This document shows, piece by piece, positions 17,327 through 26,345 of a stretch of 64,000 nt of DNA (its first letter is position 1; each line of letters opens with the position of its first letter). The translations under genes and the position numbers were made by a program. This DNA comes from Candidatus Woesebacteria bacterium RIFCSPLOWO2_01_FULL_39_23 (GTDB lineage: Bacteria > Patescibacteriota > Microgenomatia > UBA8517). The DNA is taken from positions 1,306 to 65,305 of the forward strand of contig MGHG01000007.1 of assembly GCA_001793095.1 (NCBI GenBank), read 5' to 3'. The notes under the pieces were generated by a model. It made no database searches, was not told the DNA's origin, and was given only the letters and a program-made list of their open reading frames with translations.

Positions 17327-18100
17327 ATGAAAAAGTTCCGTAAATACGGAAAACCTCCATACATCGTAGTTGTAGTTCATGGTGGCCCTGGTGCACCCGG
17401 AGAAATGCAGCCGGTGGCAGAGAAACTATCAAAATTATACGGAGTATTAGAGCCATTGCAGACAAAAGACTATATGAACGGACTGATAGAGGAATTAAGG
17501 AAAGTAATTATTAAAGAAGGAAATCCTCCTGTATATTTAATCGGCTGGTCATGGGGAGCGTGGTTGAGCTTTATTGCTGCTTCAAAGTATCCGGAATTAG
17601 TTAAGGAATTAATCCTCGTTAATAGCGGTCCATTTGAGGCAAAATATGCAAAAAGCATCATGCAAACGAGATTGGAAAGGTTAACTAATGAAGAAAGACG
17701 AAGGGTAAAAGCGATTCTGGGTTTAATGGGAGAAGGTAATTCGGGTAATAAAATGTTAAAAGACTTCGGTTACTTAATGGGAAAAGCCGATGCTTTTAAT
17801 CCATTACCTGGTGTCAAAGACATTAATGTAAACAGTAATATTTATAAAAAAGTCTGGGGTGAAGCAGAAGAGTTAAGAAAAAGCGGAGAGCTTCTTAAAT
17901 ATGGTGAAGGTATTAAATGTCCCGTTGTCGTAATTCATGGAGATTATGATCCGCATCCTTTTATCGGAGTAAAAAAACCACTTACGAAGGTTTTAAAAAA
18001 TGTAAAATTTATCCTTCTTAAAAATTGCGGCCACTATCCATGGTTAGAAAAAAATGCAAAAATTATTTTTATCAGAAAATTAATTGAAGAAATCAGATAA
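17327..18100 (+). CDS. Alpha/beta hydrolase
   Basis: HGGPG, GWSWG nucleophile elbow, HGDYD, GHYPW. Confidence 0.9.
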   Translation: MKKFRKYGKPPYIVVVVHGGPGAPGEMQPVAEKLSKLYGVLEPLQTKDYMNGLIEELRKVIIKEGNPPVYLIGWSWGAWLSFIAASKYPELVKELILVNSGPFEAKYAKSIMQTRLERLTNEERRRVKAILGLMGEGNSGNKMLKDFGYLMGKADAFNPLPGVKDINVNSNIYKKVWGEAEELRKSGELLKYGEGIKCPVVVIHGDYDPHPFIGVKKPLTKVLKNVKFILLKNCGHYPWLEKNAKIIFIRKLIEEIR

Positions 18101-18115
18101 TTTTACGAAATCTTG

Positions 18116-19063
18116 TTATTTTGAAAAATCATCAATGTGTATGTCAGTTCCGAAATAATCATTTACAGATCGACCAATAGCTCCCACACCTTCTATAATT
18201 CGTTTAGCCCAATGATAAACCGGTATGAAGCATATCTCGTTTTCGGCATGTTCCCAACTGCCAATTGATGTAACTCCTACAACTTTTCCTGTAGTACGGT
18301 CGCACCAGACACCTCCGCTTGCACCTCCTGAATCGGTACCTTCTGTCCATATTTCGCTTGGTTCGCCTTCTTCTTTTTCAGTATCAATTACATTTAATGT
18401 AAGTTCGGATATAAAGCCGCTTTCGTCTGCAACCCATGGGAACGAGACGGATACAAGAGCTTCATTATTAGGGATGTCTTTAGAAATTGTAAATGGTTCT
18501 ACTTGCTTAAATATTGGATGTTTACTTTTTAGAATCAAAACCCCCATATCAACTGGGGATGTGAAGTACGTAAATTCATCGGGTTCGAAATTACTCCTGT
18601 TTAAATTTGAGTTATTTATTTGAGGTTGGCTAATCTTCGCCCACTTTATTTCATAACCTGTTTGTGCAATCAGATGACCTGCTGTAATTAATACAGCTAT
18701 GTACTCACCGTCCGAAGTTTCTCTTTGATCAATTACGAAACCTGTTCCTTGTGATGGTCGACTTTCGCCCATTCCCTCTATTTTTACGGTATTATATACG
18801 CAGGAACGAGGTAACTTATCAAGTTCAGGGTTTATTTCAGGATTATTCTCTCGTGCTGTTTCTGTAGCGCGGACATCCTTGTCAAGTGGAGTCTCATACG
18901 ATACAGGATTCGAACACGCACCAATCAACGCCGGTAAAAGACAACCAACGGCAATTAATATTTGATCTCTCTTTCTAAATGGCTCGTGAGTTGATACTTT
19001 TTTGGGTGTACCTAATTCAGCATATTCTTCCATACTTGATAATTCTAGCGTGATGGAAGACAT
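18116..19063 (-). CDS. Trypsin-like serine protease, probable lipoprotein
   Basis: TAGH, DMG, GASGG triad motifs; LIGAC lipobox-like. Confidence 0.75.
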   Translation of the reverse strand: MSSITLELSSMEEYAELGTPKKVSTHEPFRKRDQILIAVGCLLPALIGACSNPVSYETPLDKDVRATETARENNPEINPELDKLPRSCVYNTVKIEGMGESRPSQGTGFVIDQRETSDGEYIAVLITAGHLIAQTGYEIKWAKISQPQINNSNLNRSNFEPDEFTYFTSPVDMGVLILKSKHPIFKQVEPFTISKDIPNNEALVSVSFPWVADESGFISELTLNVIDTEKEEGEPSEIWTEGTDSGGASGGVWCDRTTGKVVGVTSIGSWEHAENEICFIPVYHWAKRIIEGVGAIGRSVNDYFGTDIHIDDFSK

Positions 19064-19086
19064 TTATGAAGATTAAGTTTTGCTTA

Positions 19087-19287
19087 TCATTCCATACCTA
19101 ACCCCAAAGCCGTAATTACATCATCGGCAGATTTATAAGTTCCTTCAGGAAGATGTTCCATAAACCACGTTTTATCTTCTTCTGAAAAATCTGATAAATT
19201 GTCGCATTCTGCTTTTAATTCTTCACTTGTTGCCGGATATTTTTGGTGTTTTTTAAGATGGTCAATTGCACCAGTTTTATTCTTCAT
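19087..19287 (-). CDS. Small acidic protein (DUF2795/MTH865-like)
   Basis: KYPATSEEL...LPEGTYKSADDVITAL; ATG 19287 after SD GGAGGTGA. Confidence 0.7.
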   Translation of the reverse strand: MKNKTGAIDHLKKHQKYPATSEELKAECDNLSDFSEEDKTWFMEHLPEGTYKSADDVITALGLGME

Positions 19288-19375
19288 AATTATCACCTCC
19301 CCTCACAGTGAGATAGCTTCTAAAAAGCATCTCACGTGATCCCATTGAGTGTTCTAAGAACTACTCAATTGGGAC
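19288..19375 (-). promoter_or_regulatory. Twin-hairpin structured leader motif, copy B
   Basis: Homologous to 10158-10251. Confidence 0.7.
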
Positions 19376-19425
19376 AGTTTTTTTCGAGACAGTTTCAGAG
19401 TATTACATTCGAAGCAAATAAAATC

Positions 19426-19441
19426 AGTAAGAAATCTAACT
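19426..19441. promoter_or_regulatory. Second Crp/Fnr-like palindrome
   Basis: AGTAAGAAATCTAACT, one mismatch to 10059-10074. Confidence 0.5.
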
Positions 19442-19447
19442 TTTTTT

Positions 19448-20554
19448 CTAGAAGCTTGTGACTATGAAGTCGTGAATTTGTTGCCAGTTTTCCTCGCCGT
19501 CTTTGGGTAGTAAAATATACTGTCTATCACTGCTTACTGCTTCTTTGAGGACGTTGTCGGTAGATAAAGAAACTGATTTTATTATGACGTCATTCATCTT
19601 ACCCTTCTCTTCCAGTAGTCCTATTGCAGTTTTAATGTCAATATCAGTCATGACGTTTCTTGAAAACGAATTAATTATAGGAGCTATTTTGGGGATAGAG
19701 CTGATCCTAAGGATCTTATTTTTTATGGCAATTATTAATGCCTGCTGCCTGAGACTTCTTCCGAAGTCGTTGCCGTTTGTTTCGGAATGGCGAGACCTAA
19801 CAAATTTCAGTGCATTTTCTGCATCGAGAAGAGTTTTGCCTTTGGCATAGTTAATAGTTTCAAAACGACAAGTAAATTGCTGTTCGAGAAGCTGGCCGGA
19901 CATCGTTGCCTGGATTATCTTAAGATTGTCATCACTTTTCCCGCAGGTATCCTTTTCTTTACCCGTGATCGGATAAAATTTATCTTCAAACGCATAGGGT
20001 ATATTTACTTCAACTCCTCCTAAAATAGTAATAATATTTTTGAATCCTTCGAAGCTGATGGCAATATAATTATCTATCGGAAGACCCGTAACTTTGGATA
20101 CGGTATCTTTTGCCAAGGCTCCACCACCCGCCAAACCTTTGTATTGAGGAGGTTTATTGGGGTATTTTTTATCATCGAGTCCAATGGCAAAAGCATGATT
20201 GATCTTAAATTTTTCCTCTTTTTCTGTTTCGACTTGTAATGGGACAAAGAGATCCCGCGGAATTGATATTAAGGTAATATTGTTTTCTTTGGGTACAATG
20301 TGTGCGATGATTAGTGTGTCAGTAAGAGTCGCGCCTTCATGATCTCCGCCGGCATATCCAAGCAGTAAAATATTACGGGGAGCTAGTGGATCCGGTGTCG
20401 GAGTTGGTGATGGGGTAATTTTTGTATTAAGGATTGTTATAACATTAGGTTGGTTCACAACAACCCTTTTATAGATAGTTATTAAATAAACTATAAAAAC
20501 CAAGAAAGTGATTAAAAGAAGGGGGAGGAATAGTTTTTTGATTTTTATTCGCAT
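19448..20554 (-). CDS. LCP (LytR-CpsA-Psr) family cell-wall phosphotransferase
   Basis: NILLLG, TDTLII, SIPRD, FVRSRH, DFGRSLRQQ. Start moved to ATG 20554; the upstream extension runs through a mobile remnant. Confidence 0.92.
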   Translation of the reverse strand: MRIKIKKLFLPLLLITFLVFIVYLITIYKRVVVNQPNVITILNTKITPSPTPTPDPLAPRNILLLGYAGGDHEGATLTDTLIIAHIVPKENNITLISIPRDLFVPLQVETEKEEKFKINHAFAIGLDDKKYPNKPPQYKGLAGGGALAKDTVSKVTGLPIDNYIAISFEGFKNIITILGGVEVNIPYAFEDKFYPITGKEKDTCGKSDDNLKIIQATMSGQLLEQQFTCRFETINYAKGKTLLDAENALKFVRSRHSETNGNDFGRSLRQQALIIAIKNKILRISSIPKIAPIINSFSRNVMTDIDIKTAIGLLEEKGKMNDVIIKSVSLSTDNVLKEAVSSDRQYILLPKDGEENWQQIHDFIVTSF

Positions 20555-20685
20555 TTCAAGAATACCCCATCTGGAGGCGATAGCCGGAGGATGGGGATGA
20601 ATTGAATTAAGAATGTAACCTCGTTTAGACAGATCCGAAAGGATACCCCGCCAGAGAGCGATAGCGAGAGGGCGGGGAGGTTTCA
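20555..20685 (+). mobile_element. Non-autonomous IS200/IS605-type element (PATE-like) #1
   Basis: TTCAAG-hairpin-GATGAATTGAA left end; hairpin-GAGGTTTCA right end; no ORF. Confidence 0.7.
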
Positions 20686-20767
20686 TCTTCTTCACAAGTA
20701 ATAAATATACGTGATTTGGCTTAAAATTACCATATAAGAAAGTTAGCATTTGATACGGTGTGCATTA

Positions 20768-20851
20768 TTGACAAGATATACTCTAAGCCTTAGAATACCA
20801 TCTATTCACGATATGGGTTATTAATTACTCCGCCTACTGGGCGGTTTTTTT
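20768..20851 (+). promoter_or_regulatory. greA promoter and leader terminator
   Basis: TTGACA-17-TAGAAT, then CCGCC-TACTG-GGCGG-T7 before the start codon. Confidence 0.7.
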
Positions 20852-20872
20852 ACAGCCTATATAGTAATCAAC

Positions 20873-21337
20873 ATGCTTGATAGCAAACAAATACAATTTA
20901 CAAAAGTAGGATTAGCGACCTTAGAAAAAGAGCTTGACGAGCTTTTGAATGTAAAAAGGCCGAAGCTTGTCGATAGACTTTCTAATGCCAGGCTTCAGGG
21001 TGATTTAGCTGAAAATAGTGATTACCAAAACGCAAAGGACGAGCTCGAGTTTTTAGACGGAAGGCTTAATGAGTTGCAAGCTGTGTTGAAAAATGCTGTT
21101 GTTGCCGAGTCTAATAATGGTGGCGGAGTTTCAGTTGGTACAAAGGTTACCCTTAAAGTAGGCGGGACAACTCACATATATGATATAGTCGGTGATTGGG
21201 AGGCAGATCCGGTCAATAAAAAGATCTCGCACACCTCTCCCTTAGGAGTTGCTTTAGTCGGAAAGAGAGTTGGGGACAAGGTCGAAGTCGAAGCTCCGGC
21301 CGGGAAAATTACATACGAAATTCTTTCATTGGATTAG
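20873..21337 (+). CDS. greA: Transcription elongation factor GreA
   Basis: GDLAENSDY, ISHTSPLG. Confidence 0.96.
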   Translation: MLDSKQIQFTKVGLATLEKELDELLNVKRPKLVDRLSNARLQGDLAENSDYQNAKDELEFLDGRLNELQAVLKNAVVAESNNGGGVSVGTKVTLKVGGTTHIYDIVGDWEADPVNKKISHTSPLGVALVGKRVGDKVEVEAPAGKITYEILSLD

Positions 21338-21362
21338 TTGTATACTTCGTTTTTATTGCATA

Positions 21363-21453
21363 CTAGCGAAAACCACGATTATTAAATCGTGGATGGAGCT
21401 AGAATCTAAACTTGGCGGCAAAAAACCACGGGCTTTAGCCCGTGTGTAGATTA
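21363..21453 (+). mobile_element. Non-autonomous IS200/IS605-type element #2
   Basis: Hairpins CCACGAT/ATCGTGG and CACGGGC/GCCCGTG; same layout as #1 and #3. Confidence 0.65.
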
Positions 21454-21483
21454 TTTTGCTTTCTTTGAGATATACTTAACGCA

Positions 21484-22977
21484 ATGGCCGAAGAGAAATT
21501 GGAAGAAATAAGGAGTATTCGTCTTCATAAAATAAGTGAGCTGAAAAAACTTGGAATAAATCCTTACCCTTCAAAAGTAAAGGGATTACACGAGCCTGTC
21601 AGTATAGTAAGGACGCATTTGGATGACAAGAGAGCCGTAACGGGGAGGCTTATGGGGTGGAGAGAGCATGGTAACGTTATTTTTGCAGATCTTAAAGATG
21701 AAACTGGGAAAATTCAGTTGTTTTTTCAAAAGAAAAATCTTCAGGATAATTTTAAGATGCTTAAGTTGTTTGATGTCGGCGATTTTATTTGGTCGATGGG
21801 TAAAGTTTTTAAAACCACGGCTGGCGAGATCACTATCGATGTTTTGGATTTTCAGGTATTGTCTAAATCCATCCGGCCTTTGCCTTCAACTTGGTTTGGT
21901 TTGAAAGACGACGAGGAAAGATACAGAAAAAGGTATCTTGACCTCCTACTCAATGATGACCTGAAAGCTCTGTTTAGAAAGAAAGCTATATTTTGGCAAA
22001 GCATGCGCGATTTCCTGATAAGTAAAGGGTTTTTAGAGGTAGAGACTCCCGTTTTAGAAACTACAGCAGGAGGTGCTGATGCAAACCCGTTTATTACCCA
22101 CCACAATGCCCTAGATATTGATTTATATTTGAGGATCTCGATGGGTGAATTATGGCAAAAAAGGTTAATGGTTGCAGGTTTTTTAAAAACTTTTGAAATA
22201 GGGAGGCAGTTTAGAAATGAAGGTATTAGTCGTGAGCATCTTCAAGACTATTCACAGATGGAATTTTACTGGGCTTACGCTAATTATGATGATTCAATGA
22301 AATTAGTTGAAGACATGTATAAATATGTTGCCGAAAAGACTTTTGGTACTTTAAAATTTGTAATTAATAAGGCTGAAATTGATTTGGGAGGAACATGGAA
22401 GAAAATTGATTATTGTGCAGCAATTCAAGAACATGCAGGAATTGATATTAGGAGTGCTTCTAAAGGGGAGATTGAAGCTAAACTTAACGAGTTGAAACAA
22501 GATTTCAATAAGAATGATTCCAAAGGAAGGCTAATAGATTCCTTATGGAAGTCTGTAAGGCGGAAAATTATGGGTCCCGCCTTTTTAGTAGGACATCCCG
22601 TTGATGTATCACCTTTAGCCAAAAGGCAGGAAGAGAGACCTGACTTTGTTGAGAGGTATCAAGTTATATTGGGAGGTAGTGAAATGGGTAATGGATATTC
22701 AGAGCTTAATGATCCAATTGACCAGGCCGAGAGATTTAAGGATCAAGAAAAAATGAGAGAAGCAGGGGATTTAGAAGCTCAAATGAATGATAAAGATTTT
22801 GTTGAAGCGCTGGAATACGGCATGCCGCCAGTTTCAGGCTTCGGGGTAAGCGAAAGATTGTTTTCATTTCTGGTGGATAAACCAATTAGAGAGACTGTAT
22901 TATTTCCACTCCTACGACCAGAAAGCGAAAATATAAAAAGGCAGAGGGTTAAGAAAGCTCGCAAGAGTAAAACTTAG
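21484..22977 (+). CDS. lysS: Lysine--tRNA ligase (class II)
   Basis: OB fold, RYRKRYLDL, FRNEG, ALEYGMPP. Confidence 0.98.
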   Translation: MAEEKLEEIRSIRLHKISELKKLGINPYPSKVKGLHEPVSIVRTHLDDKRAVTGRLMGWREHGNVIFADLKDETGKIQLFFQKKNLQDNFKMLKLFDVGDFIWSMGKVFKTTAGEITIDVLDFQVLSKSIRPLPSTWFGLKDDEERYRKRYLDLLLNDDLKALFRKKAIFWQSMRDFLISKGFLEVETPVLETTAGGADANPFITHHNALDIDLYLRISMGELWQKRLMVAGFLKTFEIGRQFRNEGISREHLQDYSQMEFYWAYANYDDSMKLVEDMYKYVAEKTFGTLKFVINKAEIDLGGTWKKIDYCAAIQEHAGIDIRSASKGEIEAKLNELKQDFNKNDSKGRLIDSLWKSVRRKIMGPAFLVGHPVDVSPLAKRQEERPDFVERYQVILGGSEMGNGYSELNDPIDQAERFKDQEKMREAGDLEAQMNDKDFVEALEYGMPPVSGFGVSERLFSFLVDKPIRETVLFPLLRPESENIKRQRVKKARKSKT

Positions 22978-23020
22978 TATACCTTGCAGAGGTAACCCCT
23001 TAAAGGTAATTCTTAAATAT

Positions 23021-23584
23021 ATGACAAGAGAAAAGGCTCTTAAACTTCTTCATGCCCATATGCAAAACCAGAATTTGCGAAGGCATTGTTATGCTGTTGG
23101 GGCAGTAATAAAAGCGCTTGCAAAACACTTCAGTGCGAATGAGGGTTTGTGGGAGGTTGTTGGACTTCTGCACGACGGGGATTATGAAGTGACAAAAGGA
23201 ACTCCTGAGTTACACACGTTAAAAATGGTGGAATGGCTTAAAAAGGAGGACGTCAAGGATAAGGAAATTCTTGAAGCAATCTTGTCGCATAACTTCTCCC
23301 ATACAGGCCAAAACTCTCCAAAGAATATGCTTGAATGGTCGCTATATTGTTGCGACGAGTTGACGGGTTTAATTGTTGCCGTTGCTCTTGTGAAACCCGA
23401 TAAAAAACTGGCTTCTGTCAGCGTTGATTCAATTTTGAATAAGTGGAAGCAAAAATCGTTCGCAGGAGGTGTAAAACGAGAGCAAATTGAAGAGTGCGAA
23501 GAGCGTTTGGCAATTCCCCTTCGGGAATTTATCGAAATCGCCCTCACTTCGATGCAGGAAATCCACGAAGATTTAGGTTTGTGA
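23021..23584 (+). CDS. HD/HDIG-domain hydrolase
   Basis: RRHC, GLLHDGD, AILSH, CCDELTG. Confidence 0.88.
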   Translation: MTREKALKLLHAHMQNQNLRRHCYAVGAVIKALAKHFSANEGLWEVVGLLHDGDYEVTKGTPELHTLKMVEWLKKEDVKDKEILEAILSHNFSHTGQNSPKNMLEWSLYCCDELTGLIVAVALVKPDKKLASVSVDSILNKWKQKSFAGGVKREQIEECEERLAIPLREFIEIALTSMQEIHEDLGL

Positions 23585-23625
23585 AAGCTTTATTTGAATT
23601 GCTTCAAGTGCTATAATACACGCAT

Positions 23626-23946
23626 ATGTTTGGACGAGGAAATAAAGGAAATGGTGGAAACGGGAGTAAAGAACGTGTCACGGGTAGCTTAGAACCAAGA
23701 TTCAGGGTAGTAAATCCTGTTATTGAAGAAGTTAAGGGGTATCCGGTCAACGGAAACTTACAGAAACTGGTTGTTTTAAATAGAGTGGTTACGATTCATC
23801 ATATCGGTAGTTATCTATCCAGTGAAGAAGCTAACAAGAGAGCGGCAGAATTAAATTCACAAAAACCTGCCATTCAAAGAATTAGACCCTCCTTAAGAGC
23901 AAGAGTTGAAATTGATGAGGCTGGAAATATTAATGGCCATAGATGA
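23626..23946 (+). CDS. Orphan protein
   Basis: ORF with TATAAT just upstream. Confidence 0.55.
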   Translation: MFGRGNKGNGGNGSKERVTGSLEPRFRVVNPVIEEVKGYPVNGNLQKLVVLNRVVTIHHIGSYLSSEEANKRAAELNSQKPAIQRIRPSLRARVEIDEAGNINGHR

Positions 23947-23952
23947 TTAGAT

Positions 23953-23981
23953 TTGACTTAGAATATTACTTTCTATAAAAT
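23953..23981 (+). promoter_or_regulatory. Sigma70 promoter of the T-box/serS operon
   Basis: TTGACT-17-TAAAAT. Confidence 0.8.
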
Positions 23982-24002
23982 AACTGAATTGATAATTAAC
24001 TA

Positions 24003-24206
24003 AAAGCTACGATGTTGGCTTTCCACCAACGGAGCTTCTTGGGGTAGACGGCACGCTTAGAATAGTCGATGTAAACCAAGACGTAATACCACGTAACGGT
24101 AAAATTAAGAAAATCCAGTTAGATTATCTAACAGGACGAATTTTACGCTGGCACCTCCTAAATTTTAGGGCGTAATTACCTAAAAATAAAAGGAGGTGAT
24201 TTTTTT
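24003..24206 (+). ncRNA. Serine T-box riboswitch with ultra-short Stem I
   Basis: Stem I AGC-TACGAT-GTTGG-CTT[TCC]A-CCAAC-GGA-GCT; Stem II; IIA/B pseudoknot (ACGT/ACGT, TACC/GGTA); antiterminator TTACGC-TGGCACC-TCCTAAA/TTTAGG-GCGTAA; terminator CACCTCCT...AGGAGGTG-A-T7. Confidence 0.88.
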
Positions 24207-24402
24207 GAGAGAAAATAGATTCGAATCAGAAATAGACAGAGATTACAGAAGATATTTAATTGAAGAGAAGAAAGCAAACAGGTTGAGTGTTAACAATAAT
24301 AAAATATTACCGGAACGTGGAGCAGCAAATACAGAGGACTATATAGTGGACGGAGCTTTGAATACTTTTAATAGATTTGAAGATTTACACAGAGCTAAGT
24401 AA
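24205..24402 (+). CDS. Orphan ORF directly under the T-box
   Basis: TTG start 8 nt after AGGAGG. Confidence 0.6.
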   Translation: MRENRFESEIDRDYRRYLIEEKKANRLSVNNNKILPERGAANTEDYIVDGALNTFNRFEDLHRAK

Positions 24403-24419
24403 CTTTGTTTAAAGAATGT

Positions 24420-24620
24420 ATGGCATTTAATATATTGAAGAAAAAGCAAAATTCCCAAAAAGCTACTGAAGGTAGTAGGAGCGTTATTATCCTAAGAGAC
24501 GAATATGGTACGATTATTTCTAAGAGAGAATTAAAACCAGGTGATTTAATTGATGGAGAACTCGTTGCTAAAGGGTTACAGCAAGGTATTAGTGTTATTA
24601 TTAAGGAAAGAGGTAAATAA
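24420..24620 (+). CDS. Orphan ORF coupled to serS
   Basis: Stop overlaps the serS start (TAATG). Confidence 0.6.
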   Translation: MAFNILKKKQNSQKATEGSRSVIILRDEYGTIISKRELKPGDLIDGELVAKGLQQGISVIIKERGK

Positions 24621-25867
24621 TGTTAGACATTAAATATATCCGGGAAAACCCGGACAAAGTAAAAAAGGGTGTTGCCGATAAGCAATACGACTCTACTTTG
24701 GTTGATAAAGTATTGGACTTGGATGAGAAAAAAAGAAAGCTGGGAGTAGAGATTGAAAATCTGAGAGCGGAAAGGAATAAATTAAGCAGCAAGGAGCATG
24801 TAGCAAGTAGCAAGGGAAAAGAAATTAAAGAAAATTTAAAAGAGTTGGAACCCAGTTTAGTAAAACTTGAAGATGTACTAAATGAACTGCTTAATCTAAT
24901 TCCTAACCTGCCATCAGAAAAAGCTCCGGTAGGAAAAGGGGAGAAAGAGAATGTTGAAGTACGAAAATGGGGGGAGCCGCGAAAATTTGAATTTACTCCG
25001 AAAGACCATCTGGAACTCGGTAAGAATCTTAATATTTTGGATTTTGAAACCGGTGCAAAAGTGAGCGGGTCGCAATTTTACTTTTTGTACGGTGACGGAG
25101 CGTTAATGGAGCTGGCATTGGTTCAATTTGCATTCGAATTATTATCGAAAGAAGGATTCCTTCTTGTTATTACCCCAGATTTGGCAAAATCAAGATATTA
25201 CTTGGGAACCGGTTACGCGCCGAAAGGCAATGAAGCCCAAACATATACAATCGAGGGCGAGGATTTGGGATTAATCGCTACTGCTGAAGTTACGCTCGCA
25301 GGAAAGCATGCTGATGAAGTAATACCCGAAAGCAAACTACCCTTAAAGTATATCGGTTATTCACACTGTTTCCGCCAGGAAGCAGGAGCTTACGGAAAAT
25401 ATTCAAAAGGACTTTATCGGGTTCATCAATTTACAAAAGCGGAGATGTTTATTTACTGTACTCCTGAAGAATCCGATAATATGCACGAACATATATTGGA
25501 AATGGAAGAAAAAATATATCAAAGTCTGGAACTTCCCTATCGAGTATTGGAAATGTGTACTGGAGATTTGGGAGCTATGGCCGCAAGAAAGTTCGATATC
25601 GAAACATGGATGCCGAGCAGGGGAGAATATGGAGAAGTTACTTCAACCTCAAACTGTACGGATTACCAAGCAAGAAATCTGAATATTAAATTAAGAAGAA
25701 AAGACGGGAAAGCGGAGTATCTTCATATGTTAAACGGTACTGCTATTGCCACCTCCCGTACTCCTTTGGCAATTCTTGAAAATTATCAGAACGAAGACGG
25801 ATCGGTAACTGTTCCTGAAGTATTAAGAAAATGGATGGGGAAGGATAAAATAGTAGTTGGTAGTTAG
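24620..25867 (+). CDS. serS: Serine--tRNA ligase
   Basis: MLDIKYIREN, ATAEV, FRQEAG, RVHQF, SNCTDYQAR. Confidence 0.98.
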   Translation: MLDIKYIRENPDKVKKGVADKQYDSTLVDKVLDLDEKKRKLGVEIENLRAERNKLSSKEHVASSKGKEIKENLKELEPSLVKLEDVLNELLNLIPNLPSEKAPVGKGEKENVEVRKWGEPRKFEFTPKDHLELGKNLNILDFETGAKVSGSQFYFLYGDGALMELALVQFAFELLSKEGFLLVITPDLAKSRYYLGTGYAPKGNEAQTYTIEGEDLGLIATAEVTLAGKHADEVIPESKLPLKYIGYSHCFRQEAGAYGKYSKGLYRVHQFTKAEMFIYCTPEESDNMHEHILEMEEKIYQSLELPYRVLEMCTGDLGAMAARKFDIETWMPSRGEYGEVTSTSNCTDYQARNLNIKLRRKDGKAEYLHMLNGTAIATSRTPLAILENYQNEDGSVTVPEVLRKWMGKDKIVVGS

Positions 25868-25901
25868 TGGATGGGTAGATAGATTATTGTTGAGAATTAT
25901 T

Positions 25902-26141
25902 ATGGGTACAATACAAGAAGCAAAAGACAGAATTAAATTAGCTTTGACTTTTCAAAATCCTGACAAGGATCGTATTTTAGCAATAAATAAAGCTAGGGAG
26001 ATTGGCCGATATAAATTAAGAAAAGGTGAGAAGGTGGGAACTGCTGTAGGGATTGAAGATAGAACGAGTGCTGTTTTAACTTTCGATAGTGGTAGTGTGT
26101 TAACCGCTAAGGTAAACACAGATGATACAACCTCTAGATAA
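25902..26141 (+). CDS. Orphan protein
   Basis: ORF from ATG 25902. Confidence 0.45.
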   Translation: MGTIQEAKDRIKLALTFQNPDKDRILAINKAREIGRYKLRKGEKVGTAVGIEDRTSAVLTFDSGSVLTAKVNTDDTTSR

Positions 26142-26322
26142 TTGTGTATCCGGAGGTTTTGAGGGTCTGTTTTATTTTTTCCTCGTCAAACTCACCTTCT
26201 ACTTCGAGTGTTTCTTTTAGGTAGTTGCATGAGGCTTTGACCCCGATGTCTTCCAAATCAAGCTCGATCATCTTGGCGCAAGCTGTGCAATCCATGCCCT
26301 TTACTTTGTAACTTTTCTTCAT
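26134..26322 (-). CDS. copZ: HMA-domain copper chaperone (CopZ-like)
   Basis: VKGMDCTAC. Confidence 0.85.
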   Translation of the reverse strand: MKKSYKVKGMDCTACAKMIELDLEDIGVKASCNYLKETLEVEGEFDEEKIKQTLKTSGYTII

Positions 26323-26345
26323 AAGTTATAAGTTATTAGTTAGGC

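Noticed and set aside
17135-17380. 81-aa minus-strand ORF
   Set aside because: Overlaps the hydrolase start and the candidate structured RNA; no protein motif
20555-20749. Long N-terminal extensions of LCP (and of GH57 57926-58060, Clp 53001-53192, glycosylase 35469-35546)
   Set aside because: The extensions run through mobile remnants, repeats or neighbouring genes; downstream ATGs match the family N-termini
22981-23008. Hairpin after lysS as a terminator
   Set aside because: Imperfect stem without a T-tract; cannot distinguish from a decayed repeat
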